A DNA stretch of 64,000 nucleotides from an uncultured Nitrospiraceae bacterium (lineage in GTDB: Bacteria > Nitrospirota > Thermodesulfovibrionia > Thermodesulfovibrionales > UBA6898), in the NCBI GenBank assembly GCA_963811165.1, contig CAWEQH010000010.1, positions 128,001 to 192,000 on the forward strand. The letters are read 5' to 3'. Below, piece after piece: positions 41,704 to 51,077 of this stretch (position 1 is the stretch's first letter; every line of letters starts with the position of its first letter). A program made the translations under genes and the position numbers. The notes beneath the pieces are model-generated. The model searched no databases, was not told where the DNA came from, and saw only the letters and a list, made by a program, of their open reading frames with translations.

Positions 41704-42311
41704 TGAGAAACCGCTTCGGCCTCCTTGCCAAGTACCCTGAAGCAGGGAAAGTAAAGACGCGGCTTGCGCGGGACATCGGCGCGGAAGGTGCGGCAATAAT
41801 TTACAAAACCATCGCGGAACGCGTATTCCGAAATACTTCTCCGGACGGTGATTCCGATTTCGAGAGGATGATTTTTTATTCGCCTCCTGAAGATAAGGAC
41901 CGGGTTGAATCCTGGATACCCGGCGAGAAGTTGCTTCCTCAAAGGGGAAGGGACATTGGAAATATTATGCAAAATGCCTTAAAGGACCTGTTTGATCTTG
42001 GGACGTCTAAAGCGGTCATCGCCGGCGTGGACATACCGGATCTCGACAGGACCATCATCTGCGATGCTTTTCTCAAACTGGAGAATGCCGATGCGGTTAT
42101 AGGGCCCGCAGAGGACGGAGGATACTATCTTATCGGGATGAAGGCAGTATATCCTGCAATTTTTCGGGGCATCTCATGGTCCACCGGGAAGGTCTTCGAT
42201 CAAACGGTCCGGACTATCGAGAAGATGGGACTCAGTTATTCGACTGTAAGGACGTTGTCTGACGTTGACAGGATCGAGGATATCGCGGGAAAAGATTTTA
42301 TATCAGAGTAG
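41700..42311 (+). CDS. TIGR04282-type (DUF2064, CofC-like) transferase
   Basis: AKYPEAGKVKTRL, QRGRDIG, GPAEDGGYYLIG, ISWST, DVD. Confidence 0.88.
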   Translation: MMRNRFGLLAKYPEAGKVKTRLARDIGAEGAAIIYKTIAERVFRNTSPDGDSDFERMIFYSPPEDKDRVESWIPGEKLLPQRGRDIGNIMQNALKDLFDLGTSKAVIAGVDIPDLDRTIICDAFLKLENADAVIGPAEDGGYYLIGMKAVYPAIFRGISWSTGKVFDQTVRTIEKMGLSYSTVRTLSDVDRIEDIAGKDFISE

Positions 42312-42499
42312 TCCGGATTATTTACGGATGCGCATGGGACAGTATTTTCGCTCATTCTTGCCCCGCTGAATCGGGACTCCGAGGTCATAGGGAGCAAAGT
42401 TGCCGCATTATAATTTTTTTTTGGAGCGTGTCCCTGCAATAATTCTCGGGGAAGATATGATGCCGATAAGTGAGAAGAGGGTCTCCGCCCCCACATAGG

Positions 42500-43465
42500 C
42501 TAGCCGACTTGAGAAGACGTTAGCTCCCTCAGCGCTTCGATTATTTGCCGCATATCTTCAGGCAGTCCGCTTCTGAATTTCATGTAGTGACCGTTTACGG
42601 GATGAGTGAACCCCAGGAGTTCGGCATGGAGCATCTGCCGGGGAAAAACTATCTTCCTCCGGTCGGCTTCCAGCTGGGTCTTTCTGCCGTAAGTCAGATC
42701 TCCAAGTACAGGGTGCCCGATGGATGCGAAGTGTACCCTTATCTGATGTGTCCTGCCGGTACCCAATTTCGCCTCGATCAGCGTTGCACCGCGAAACCGC
42801 TCGACGACATTCCACGACGTGATCGCCTCTTTCCCTTTTTTTATTCTCGTAGACATTTTTTTCCTGTCCGACTCGGATCTCCCTATCCGGAGGGAGATTT
42901 CTCCGCGATCTTCCTGCAGGTTTCCGTAGACAAGGGCCTTGTATCTCCTGTCGATCGTACGCCTCCTGAACTGCTCAACTAGTCCGTAGTAGGCGCCGTC
43001 ATCGAGTGCAACGACCATGATGCCGGAGGTGTCCTTATCGAGACGGTGCACAACGCCCGGCCTCAGGGGTCCGCCGACAGAGGCAAGCTTACCGCTGTGA
43101 TATGCCACGGCATTCATCAGAGTGCCGCTGGCGTGGCCGGCGGCAGGATAGACGACCATGCCCGCGGGCTTGTCGAGGACAATGAGAAAGTCGTCCTTAA
43201 ACAGTATTTCAACGGCAAGGTCCTCTTTTATAAGTTTCTGTTCCTCGACAGGGACACGGATGGAAATAACGTCACCGGACTTCGCCCGGTAATTAGGTTT
43301 TGTTTCCCGGGAGTTGACGGTAAGGAGGCCCTTTTCGATGAGATGATGTATCTGAGAGCGCGATATACCGGACAGCTGGGACGAAAGGACATCTAAACGT
43401 TTACCCGCATTGTCCTCGTCGATTTGAAATCCGCGGTGAAAGACAGAATGAACATCCGTTTCCAT
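42500..43465 (-). CDS. rluD: RluA/RluD family pseudouridine synthase
   Basis: S4 domain, KPAGMVV, RPGVVHRLDKDTSG, TGRTHQIRVH, QMLHA. Confidence 0.9.
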   Translation of the reverse strand: METDVHSVFHRGFQIDEDNAGKRLDVLSSQLSGISRSQIHHLIEKGLLTVNSRETKPNYRAKSGDVISIRVPVEEQKLIKEDLAVEILFKDDFLIVLDKPAGMVVYPAAGHASGTLMNAVAYHSGKLASVGGPLRPGVVHRLDKDTSGIMVVALDDGAYYGLVEQFRRRTIDRRYKALVYGNLQEDRGEISLRIGRSESDRKKMSTRIKKGKEAITSWNVVERFRGATLIEAKLGTGRTHQIRVHFASIGHPVLGDLTYGRKTQLEADRRKIVFPRQMLHAELLGFTHPVNGHYMKFRSGLPEDMRQIIEALRELTSSQVG

Positions 43466-43562
43466 GACTATAAAGCGTAAAACAAGCAGTGTAAGATATG
43501 CAACAGGCTGGCAAATCTGCCCCCTGTGTCCCCCCTCGGAAATCATAACGCCCCTGGGGGCG

Positions 43563-44084
43563 TTATTTGCCTCCTCTCAGTTCCATCACGATAATGTCTC
43601 CGTCGTATCCGACTGTTTCAAACCCGAGCTTTCTCCAGAAGCAGTACGCCGGCTCATTGTCTTTTCTGACCCTCGCAATAAAGGTATTTGCAAACGTTGC
43701 CGTGAATTTATTTCGGGACAGCATCTTAAACGCGCGCGTGCCATATCCTCTCCGTCTAAAAGAGGGATCGAACAAGACAAGAGAAAGCTCCGAGGACTCT
43801 CCTGGTACTAAATTGAAAAGCCCGATAAATCCGATTGTCCGGGACTCGCGTTCAATGCAATACGCTGCGAAAAAAATCTTTCGAAGCCGCCAGTAAAATT
43901 TTATCCACGAGGTCCTCCGGGGCCTGCAGACCCTGCTTGATATGCAGGTCTTGCAGACCCTGCTTGATTCCAGGATATCTTCCCGCTTCAGGGTTTCCGA
44001 TAATAAGGGCCCATCCGATATTCTCAGATGCCTGAGCGTCAGGTCCCGCTGCGTGATGTATCTGGGCAAGGAGGTGATCAGCAT
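43563..44084 (-). CDS. GNAT family N-acetyltransferase
   Basis: FRRRGYGT acetyl-CoA motif, N..A..FWRKLGF; start uncertain. Confidence 0.8.
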   Translation of the reverse strand: MLITSLPRYITQRDLTLRHLRISDGPLLSETLKREDILESSRVCKTCISSRVCRPRRTSWIKFYWRLRKIFFAAYCIERESRTIGFIGLFNLVPGESSELSLVLFDPSFRRRGYGTRAFKMLSRNKFTATFANTFIARVRKDNEPAYCFWRKLGFETVGYDGDIIVMELRGGK

Positions 44085-44264
44085 GCAAACATTCCGATAT
44101 GCGAAAATAGTATCATTTATTGACGCAATGTTCAACGTCGAAAATGCATCGTAACTTCCTCGCGGCGTCGTTAAAAAGCATCTTTTTGATGGTAAACGAT
44201 ATAGTAGTATCAGTATCTTACGGGCTTTTTTGCTGCTTACACTTAAAAGTCCTGCCGCTTCACA

Positions 44265-45810
44265 TTAGACCGTAATAGTCGTCCCTATAATATTCATGGC
44301 TGCTTTAATGCCGTCGGCGCCGCTCGATATTATGCCGCCTGAGCATCCGCTGCCTTCTCCGACCAGATAAAGGTTTTTAAAGCCGGTGCAACGGCAGTCC
44401 TTTTCCCTCAGGGCCTGGATCGGAGATGAAGTCTTGCTCTCAAGCCCCATAATACTGCCTGTTTCAAAGCCCCTTATTTTTCTGCTGAAATCCTTCAGGC
44501 CTTCTCTGATTGAGCCGCTTACTTCAACAGGAAGTAAGTCCCATAAGGCAGCTGGTTCTAATCCCGGGGCATAACTTGATTCAACGAATTTTGGAAGGGC
44601 CTTTTTTGTTTATGAACCCTTGTATGTCTGAAAAAGGGGCCTTAAAGCCATCTGAATATCTGTAAAAACTTTTTTCAAGGGCTTCCAGCCAGTCAAGGGC
44701 CTCAAGTGGAGTTGCCTGCCTGCCGATGAGTTTGTCGGGATGGACCCCTGCTACGCAGCCGGCGTTTGCGAATTTGCCGTTTCTTTGGTATCTGCTCATT
44801 CCATTGACTATGTTGGTGTTTTCATATGCGGTTGCAGGGACAACAACTCCGCCCGGACACATGCAAAATGTATACACAGGGAGATTGCCGTCTCCTTTGG
44901 ATGTGAGACGGTATTCAGCAGCCTTAACTCCCGGCAGACTCTCTACGCCCCATTGCGCCCTGTTGATGATTTCCTGGGGGTGTTCCACCCTGCTGCCAAG
45001 TGCAAAGTTCTTTGTGCGGAAGGCAACACCCCTCCTGATTAACATCCTGTATGTCTCAAAGGCAGAATGACCGGGGGCGATAATAAAATAATCCGCTTCA
45101 ATCCCCCCTGATGCAGTTATTGCTTCAATGACTTTGCCATCTTCAATTTTCAGGTCTTCCAGCATGGTCTCAAACAGCACGCTGCCGCCGATATGTATGA
45201 ATTGATCTCTGAGGTTCCTCACAATTGTCCTGAGATTGTCCGTTCCCAGGTGAGGATGTGCCATATATCCAATTTCTTCAGGGCCGCCGGCGCCTATGTA
45301 ACTGGATAATATGAACTGCCTTTCTTTTGATATATGCTTGGACCTTGAAGTGAGCTTTCCATCAGAAAAGGTCCCTGCGCCGCCCTCGCCGAAGGCGTAA
45401 TTGCTGACTGGATCAAAAGCACCGGTCTTCTCAAAATCCTTGATCCCCTCAACCCTTTTATGGAGCTCCGAGCCCCTCTCGATGATCGTGGTAGTAATGC
45501 CTGCTTTCTGAAGCACGAAAGCTGCAAAGAACCCGGCAGGACCGCTTCCTACCACCAGTGCTTTCTCTCCTCTGTTTCGATACGGAATAACCAGAGGCGG
45601 AGAGATTTCCGGAGCATCCCCGGTAATTTCCCCGGATAACACTGAAACCCGGAGCAGCCAGTGGATAGTATCTTTTCTCCTTGCGTCGAGACTCTTATTT
45701 TCTATCTGAAAGGAGAATTCCTTTATGCCCAGTTCTTTTTCGATTCTTTTTTTGAGTTCGTCTCCCTGAAAATCAGTCGGCAGTTGTAACACAATTTCTC
45801 TGTATCCCAT
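44265..45810 (-). CDS. NAD(P)/FAD-dependent oxidoreductase (COG2509-like) with a +1 frameshift near 44588
   Basis: VGSGPAG, GEGGAGTFSDGKL, FCMCPGG; after the shift reads VESSYAPGL...ESKTSSP...GEGSGCSGGIISSGADG. Confidence 0.85.
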
Positions 45811-45991
45811 TTGCTTAGTTAACCCTGAAGCAGCGAAATAACGGAAAGTTACCTCTTAGGGTATAATCATTATTCATGAGATCCCCGGGGCTCAGCATAA
45901 AAGGTATTTTTTTTGTCGCCATAATCCTCGTCATTGCCATAGCGATTGCCTCCAGGGGCTGCCGGGGGGTCAGGGTAAGAAATAAGATAGT

Positions 45992-46216
45992 TCAGTTCCC
46001 CGTCAACTCGACTGTCGGCAATATCTTGCCTGCCAGTTTTGGGTATTCCTGATTTACAAGGTCCAGAACCTTCTCGAATTCATCTACCGACATCACACCG
46101 AAGTTTTTAGACTCCACGATGACGCCCGCCTCGTCGATGATCTCCCCCATAACTGTGCCGCCTGCCAAACGACGGAAACAGAATGTTACCTTGTCTTTGC
46201 CCGACTTCTCCACCAA
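45992..46216 (-). CDS. hypothetical protein
   Basis: 74-aa ORF filling the gap, plausible composition; no motif. Confidence 0.5.
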   Translation of the reverse strand: MVEKSGKDKVTFCFRRLAGGTVMGEIIDEAGVIVESKNFGVMSVDEFEKVLDLVNQEYPKLAGKILPTVELTGN

Positions 46217-46243
46217 CTTAGTATAGCATTTGAGCGGTGAGAG

Positions 46244-46813
46244 TCAGTAGTTTGTCATGTTCTCTATGATCTTCAGCTGGGCGTCGACATTGCGCCAGAT
46301 TATCTGGATGGAATCCTCCGAGAGGCTTTTCCACCGCTGCCGGGTGGGCTGATAAAGATGGGATTCTACGGGGAAACGGTATTTAAATACGATCTGCTCG
46401 ACGTCCTGTCCCACGTAGATACGTCCCTTGGGAACGAAATCAAAGGGGGCAAATTCCAATTTGTACTTCCATAAGAGCAGGCCGTCCTGGTACATCGCCA
46501 GGAGGTCCGCGTAGGCATTCAGGAGTTCTTTATCTTCCTTCGAGGTAACCTTGTCTTTTAATGCCGTTATTCCCGCAGAGAGACTCTGGACCTTTTCAGC
46601 AAGCTGCGGGTAAGACGCGCCGGCCGCAAGCGAGGTTTTCACCGCACGAGCCGCCTCGTTTAACTTTGTGAATTTGCCCTTGTCGATTCCCGGTTCGAAG
46701 GAGCACGACGCAGCGATAAGAAATAGTATCAGGAGTATTGCCGAACCGTTTTTCCGTATTCCTGTTTGGAGGTACGCTACAAAACTAAAATCAGATAGTC
46801 TATCGTTTCTCAC
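46244..46813 (-). CDS. hypothetical lipoprotein
   Basis: Hydrophobic stretch ending in IAASC lipobox; start uncertain. Confidence 0.65.
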   Translation of the reverse strand: MRNDRLSDFSFVAYLQTGIRKNGSAILLILFLIAASCSFEPGIDKGKFTKLNEAARAVKTSLAAGASYPQLAEKVQSLSAGITALKDKVTSKEDKELLNAYADLLAMYQDGLLLWKYKLEFAPFDFVPKGRIYVGQDVEQIVFKYRFPVESHLYQPTRQRWKSLSEDSIQIIWRNVDAQLKIIENMTNY

Positions 46814-46948
46814 TCAGTGAAAGTTTACCATTATGGAGTTGAAAATACCAACATTCTGCATTTATTAAAAAATACCGGGCGGCACCGGAGGCGGGGCTGC
46901 TTTATGGTAGAATAATTGAATTTCTTCGACCAATCGAGAGGCTATTGT

Positions 46949-47620
46949 ATGCTCAAAATTATTATCTTCGATCTTGACGGAACGCTCGTGGATTCGAGCG
47001 TGGATATCACCAATTCCCTCAATTATGCGATGGGACCTTATGGCATAGGAAAGATCACCGTCGAAGAGACGATAGGTTTGGTGGGAGAGGGACTCACCAG
47101 GCTGATAGAGAAGGTCCTCGGCAATGAGAGGGCTGCGCTCGTCCCCGAGGTGCTGGACCGTTTTATCGCCTATTATTCGGAACATCTGGTTGATTTCACG
47201 CGCCCTTACCGGGGTGTCCCTGAGACACTCGAACGCCTCGGCAACTATAGGAAAGCGGTAATCTCGAACAAACGGGAGTTTCTTTCGAGGGAACTTCTCG
47301 CTAGGCTCGGCCTTGCGAAATATTTTGATATTATCCTCGGCAGTGACAGCGCAGAAGAGAAGAAGCCGTCTCCCAAGCCCGTCATTAAGGTCCTGGAATC
47401 CTTTTCTGTCGGGCCCGACGAAGCCGTGATCGTGGGCGACAGCAACTACGACATCGATGCGGGCAAGGCCGCCGGTACGAAGACGATAGCGGTTTCTTAC
47501 GGGTACAGGGAGGCCGGCTTGCTTAAAGGGGCGGATTTCATAATCGGTGATATTACAGAGCTGTTTCAGGTGCTGGCCGAAATCGATTCGGGCGGTTGCA
47601 ATGCACCGCGGGCGTTGTAA
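46949..47620 (+). CDS. HAD hydrolase, phosphoglycolate phosphatase-like
   Basis: FDLDGTLVDS, ISNK, KKPSP, VGDSNYD. Confidence 0.9.
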   Translation: MLKIIIFDLDGTLVDSSVDITNSLNYAMGPYGIGKITVEETIGLVGEGLTRLIEKVLGNERAALVPEVLDRFIAYYSEHLVDFTRPYRGVPETLERLGNYRKAVISNKREFLSRELLARLGLAKYFDIILGSDSAEEKKPSPKPVIKVLESFSVGPDEAVIVGDSNYDIDAGKAAGTKTIAVSYGYREAGLLKGADFIIGDITELFQVLAEIDSGGCNAPRAL

Positions 47621-47628
47621 GGGGGCCT

Positions 47629-48339
47629 GTGGAAACAACCCTTGACGGAATTCGCGATATAAAGCTGTATCAGCGCAAGCAGGGGTACAGGTTTTCGGTG
47701 GATGCACTTCTTCTGTATTCGTTTGTGAACGTCCGGTACGTCAAAGATGCGGTAGATCTCGGCGCGGGGTCGGGAGTGATCGGTCTTTTGCTCGCCAGAA
47801 AATATCCGGGCGCAAAGGTCCTTCTTGTGGAGCTTCAGCAGACGCTTTACAGGCTCGCGGAAAGAAACATCGAACTCAATGGCCTTGGTGACCGGGTAAG
47901 TGCGGTCCTCAGGGACATATCGTCTTTGCATGAGCTATACCCGGCCATGTCGTATGATCTCGCCGTATCCAATCCTCCTTTCAGAAAACCCACTTCGGGG
48001 CGTTTGAGTCAGGCAGAGGAAAGGGCGGTTGCCCGGCATGAAATCAGACTTCGCCTCCCTGAGCTTGCGAAATGCGCATCGCATCTTTTGAGGTCGAGGG
48101 GCCGGTTCTTCATGATATTCCATCCCGAAAGGGCGATCGAAATGATAGATACGCTAAGGACCGAACAGCTGGAGCCGAAGCGGATCAGGTTTGTCCATAA
48201 CGATATCGATTCGGTCTCGAAGATAGTGCTTGTCGAGGCGGTCAAGGGCGGCAAGGCAGGACTGAAGGTGGAGAAGCCTCTGATACTTTATCGAAAAGAC
48301 GGATCATATACCGATGAGGTGAAGGCGATGTACAGATAG
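47629..48339 (+). CDS. tRNA1(Val) A37 N6-methyltransferase (TrmN6/YfiC-like)
   Basis: GYRFSVDALLL, DLGAGSG, SNPPF, ARHE. Confidence 0.88.
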   Translation: METTLDGIRDIKLYQRKQGYRFSVDALLLYSFVNVRYVKDAVDLGAGSGVIGLLLARKYPGAKVLLVELQQTLYRLAERNIELNGLGDRVSAVLRDISSLHELYPAMSYDLAVSNPPFRKPTSGRLSQAEERAVARHEIRLRLPELAKCASHLLRSRGRFFMIFHPERAIEMIDTLRTEQLEPKRIRFVHNDIDSVSKIVLVEAVKGGKAGLKVEKPLILYRKDGSYTDEVKAMYR

Positions 48340-48360
48340 AAGTTGCGAATAGTCGCCGGC

Positions 48361-49032
48361 TCAAACGGAAAGTTCAGTCACTACCCCGTTGCTCATCTTA
48401 AGCTGCCTCTGCGTCTTTGACGCAATGTCTTTGTTGTGGGTGACTATAATGAAGGTCACCTGCCGTTCCGCGTTCATCCGGGAGAAGAGCCTTATGATCT
48501 CTTCCTCGGAGTCTTCATCAAGGTCTCCGGTCGGCTCGTCAGCCAGCACTATCTCCGGTCGGTTGATGAAGGCGCGCGCGATAGCGACCCTTCTTTGCTG
48601 CCCCCCGGAAAGGTGTGCAGGATAGGAGTTTGTCTTGTCCCTGAGTCCGACCAGACCGAGAAGTTCCATTGCATATTCCTCCGTGTCCGCACCATAGTGC
48701 CCGAAGGCGGTGGGCAGCATTATGTTTTCAAGGGAAGTGAGCGTAGGGATAAGACTGGCGAACTGGTAGATAAAACTCATCTTTCGGTTTCTGAATTCGG
48801 AAAGGTTGTTGTCCCCCATCGACCAGATATTGGTGTCGTCTATCAAGACTTCTCCAGAGTCAGGCCTCGTCAGTCCTCCTATGAGGCTAAGGAGGGTCGT
48901 CTTGCCGCTTCCCGAGTGTCCGATTATGGAGACCACCTCGCCTTTTTTTATGGAAAAAGAGACACCGTCGACCGCCTTTAAGGTCTGGCTGTCTATCGTG
49001 TAATTCTTGGTGATATTCCTTATGTCTATCAA
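48361..49032 (-). CDS. ABC transporter ATPase (LolD/MacB-like)
   Basis: GHSGSGKT, LSGGQQRR, ADEPTGDLD, VTH. Confidence 0.95.
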   Translation of the reverse strand: MIDIRNITKNYTIDSQTLKAVDGVSFSIKKGEVVSIIGHSGSGKTTLLSLIGGLTRPDSGEVLIDDTNIWSMGDNNLSEFRNRKMSFIYQFASLIPTLTSLENIMLPTAFGHYGADTEEYAMELLGLVGLRDKTNSYPAHLSGGQQRRVAIARAFINRPEIVLADEPTGDLDEDSEEEIIRLFSRMNAERQVTFIIVTHNKDIASKTQRQLKMSNGVVTELSV

Positions 49033-49057
49033 ATCTCCTCCACCTCAGTTCACGACA

Positions 49058-49687
49058 TTAGGACGCGTGTTCGATCTCTTTAAGGAGGTCCGCCGCAGCG
49101 CCCTCGTCGAATTCCTTCAATGCCTCGTACTCCTTTGTGGCCGCCTTCTTGTTATTCATCTTGAGATAAGTCATGCCCAGGTTGTATCTTGCGGCGGTAT
49201 AGTGTGGCCTCAGTCTGACCGCCTTTTTCAGGGATTCTACCTCCTCAGCGTACTTGCCGAGTTTACCGTAGGCGACCCCCATATTGTTGTAAAGGACGGG
49301 ATTCTTCGGCATATACTTTTGCGCCTCCTTGAAGGTCTTTACCGCTTCGGAGGGGTTGTTCATGCGATCGTATACCGTACCCATCTTGAAATACGCGTAG
49401 GCCATATCGGGCTTCACTTTGATCACCTTCTTGTACGCGTCAACAGCCTCTTTATACTGGGAATTGCGATCGTAGAGGTCCGCAAGGCGATAGAGCAAAT
49501 CAGGGTCGTTGGGGTCCGCCTGGAGCTTCCTTTTTACCTCGTCGAAGGTGGATTCGTTAGAGTAAGGGTTGAGCGCAGGTCCGGACGTCGTTTCTGTATG
49601 CTGTTCGGACTTCTTGCAAGAAGTTACGGAGGCAAGAAGAAAAAGTACTACTGCCAGGGCTGATGATATCTGTTTCCTCGTTCTCAT
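49058..49687 (-). CDS. TPR-repeat lipoprotein
   Basis: Lipobox VTSC, about four TPR repeats. Confidence 0.88.
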   Translation of the reverse strand: MRTRKQISSALAVVLFLLASVTSCKKSEQHTETTSGPALNPYSNESTFDEVKRKLQADPNDPDLLYRLADLYDRNSQYKEAVDAYKKVIKVKPDMAYAYFKMGTVYDRMNNPSEAVKTFKEAQKYMPKNPVLYNNMGVAYGKLGKYAEEVESLKKAVRLRPHYTAARYNLGMTYLKMNNKKAATKEYEALKEFDEGAAADLLKEIEHAS

Positions 49688-49697
49688 TTTTTCTCCT

Positions 49698-50903
49698 TTA
49701 TTCCCCTTTTCGAATGGCCTCATAAGGTTCCATCTTGCTTGCCGAGGATGCAGGCAGCAGCGAGGAAAGGAGCCCTGTGACAATGGAGAATATGACGGCC
49801 CCTATTACAAGCTCTGCAAGCACACTTACGGAAGGCAGAAGATAAGGCAATTTCAGGCTCTTGACTATCAGGTCCTGGAAGGAAAGCAAGAGGGAAAAGC
49901 CGACGCCAATGCCGAAAAGACCGCCGGTGACCGAGATAAGCACGGCTTCGGTCACGATCAGGGCAAATATCTGTCCTCTTTTTGCACCCATTGCGCGAAG
50001 CAGGCCGAGCTCGCGCTGCCTCTCGTTGACGATCATATAAAACGCAAAGCCCATCATAAGAAGGGCAAGGACCCACAGCACGGCGCTGATGGCGAGTATG
50101 CCTTTGAGCAGGCCGGCAAGCTGCCGCCTGACGGTGCTGACGACCTCGTCGGAGGCGATGGCCTTTACGCCGTCCACCGCGTGCTCGATCCGTATTGCGA
50201 TCCTGTCGGGGGTGAAATTCTCCTGCACCTGGACCATGACCGCAGAGATCCTGTTCCTGTCGATGTCAATAGGCTGCATAGACTTTGTCTTTGAGTTGGC
50301 GGCCATTACATAGGCCGCGTCCATGGTCATAAACACGGACTGGTCAAAAAATTTCATGCCGGTCGGCTCCATAGTGCCGACGACCGTAAACATCGTCCCG
50401 AAGAAGGGAAGAGAGTCTCCCTTGAGTATGGGCAGTGCACTGCCGGCGATGACCTCGTTGCCGACAAGCGGCTTTCTAAGGTTCTTTTGAAGCCAGGGGG
50501 TCACCGTGAAATCGGTTTCCGGGTCGAAGGCGACAAGGAATACATCCACGTTATAACAGCAGGTGAAGGAGGCGGGTTTTATGAAAAGCTGAGGGGACGC
50601 GTGCTTTACCCCCTCTACGTTTTTGACCGCATCATAGACGGAGCGGTCCATATAAAAACTCGTGGGCTCTCCGGAAAGAAGCGCTGCCTTTGCCTGCGCC
50701 TCGTTTTTTTCAGGCACTACCAGCACGTCCGCTCCCAGCCTGTAGGTGCCTATCTTAAGTGCATTTCTCATGCCGCTTATGAATATGGTGGTGCCCAGGA
50801 GCGTACCGGTAACCACCGCGACCAGGAGAAGCAAAACCGCGGTGCGGATATATTTCCTTCTGAGGTTCTTTACCGCAAGGCCGAAGATCTTTATTTTTTT
50901 CAT
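49698..50903 (-). CDS. MacB/FtsX-type ABC permease with periplasmic Cys-Cys motif
   Basis: RLGADVLVVP, ASFTCCY, NERQRELGLLRAMGA, four TMs, ASKMEPYEAIR. Confidence 0.92.
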   Translation of the reverse strand: MKKIKIFGLAVKNLRRKYIRTAVLLLLVAVVTGTLLGTTIFISGMRNALKIGTYRLGADVLVVPEKNEAQAKAALLSGEPTSFYMDRSVYDAVKNVEGVKHASPQLFIKPASFTCCYNVDVFLVAFDPETDFTVTPWLQKNLRKPLVGNEVIAGSALPILKGDSLPFFGTMFTVVGTMEPTGMKFFDQSVFMTMDAAYVMAANSKTKSMQPIDIDRNRISAVMVQVQENFTPDRIAIRIEHAVDGVKAIASDEVVSTVRRQLAGLLKGILAISAVLWVLALLMMGFAFYMIVNERQRELGLLRAMGAKRGQIFALIVTEAVLISVTGGLFGIGVGFSLLLSFQDLIVKSLKLPYLLPSVSVLAELVIGAVIFSIVTGLLSSLLPASSASKMEPYEAIRKGE

Positions 50904-51014
50904 TGTTATTTATTATAAGTTTGATGCGGCCAAATGTCTAATTATTACCGGCTTACCCCGGCGGGAAAGCCCCGACGCGGCATTGCAGGCAGGGATAATT
51001 TCCCATAAAAAAGG

Positions 51015-51056
51015 CAAAGAAAAGGGCCGGGCAGATGAGTTATTCTTCCCGGCCCA
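51015..51056 (-). terminator. intrinsic terminator after the beta-propeller gene
   Basis: Minus strand GGGCCGGG...CCCGGCCC followed by TTTTCTTT. Confidence 0.7.
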
Positions 51057-51077
51057 TAGATGACAGTTACAAATGTG

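Noticed and set aside
44575..44600. TGA ending the FAD oxidoreductase ORF as selenocysteine or a programmed frameshift
   Set aside because: The conserved C-terminus continues in another frame after one extra base, and no SECIS-like or slippery structure was seen.
45876..46052. 58-aa plus-strand ORF with one hydrophobic stretch (MRSPGLSIKGIFFVAII...)
   Set aside because: No SD and it overlaps the convergent 45992-46216 ORF; possible but unsupported.
50940..51000. GC-rich segment with GGGAAAGCCC as a c-di-GMP or other riboswitch
   Set aside because: Could not match a known aptamer consensus on the coding strand.
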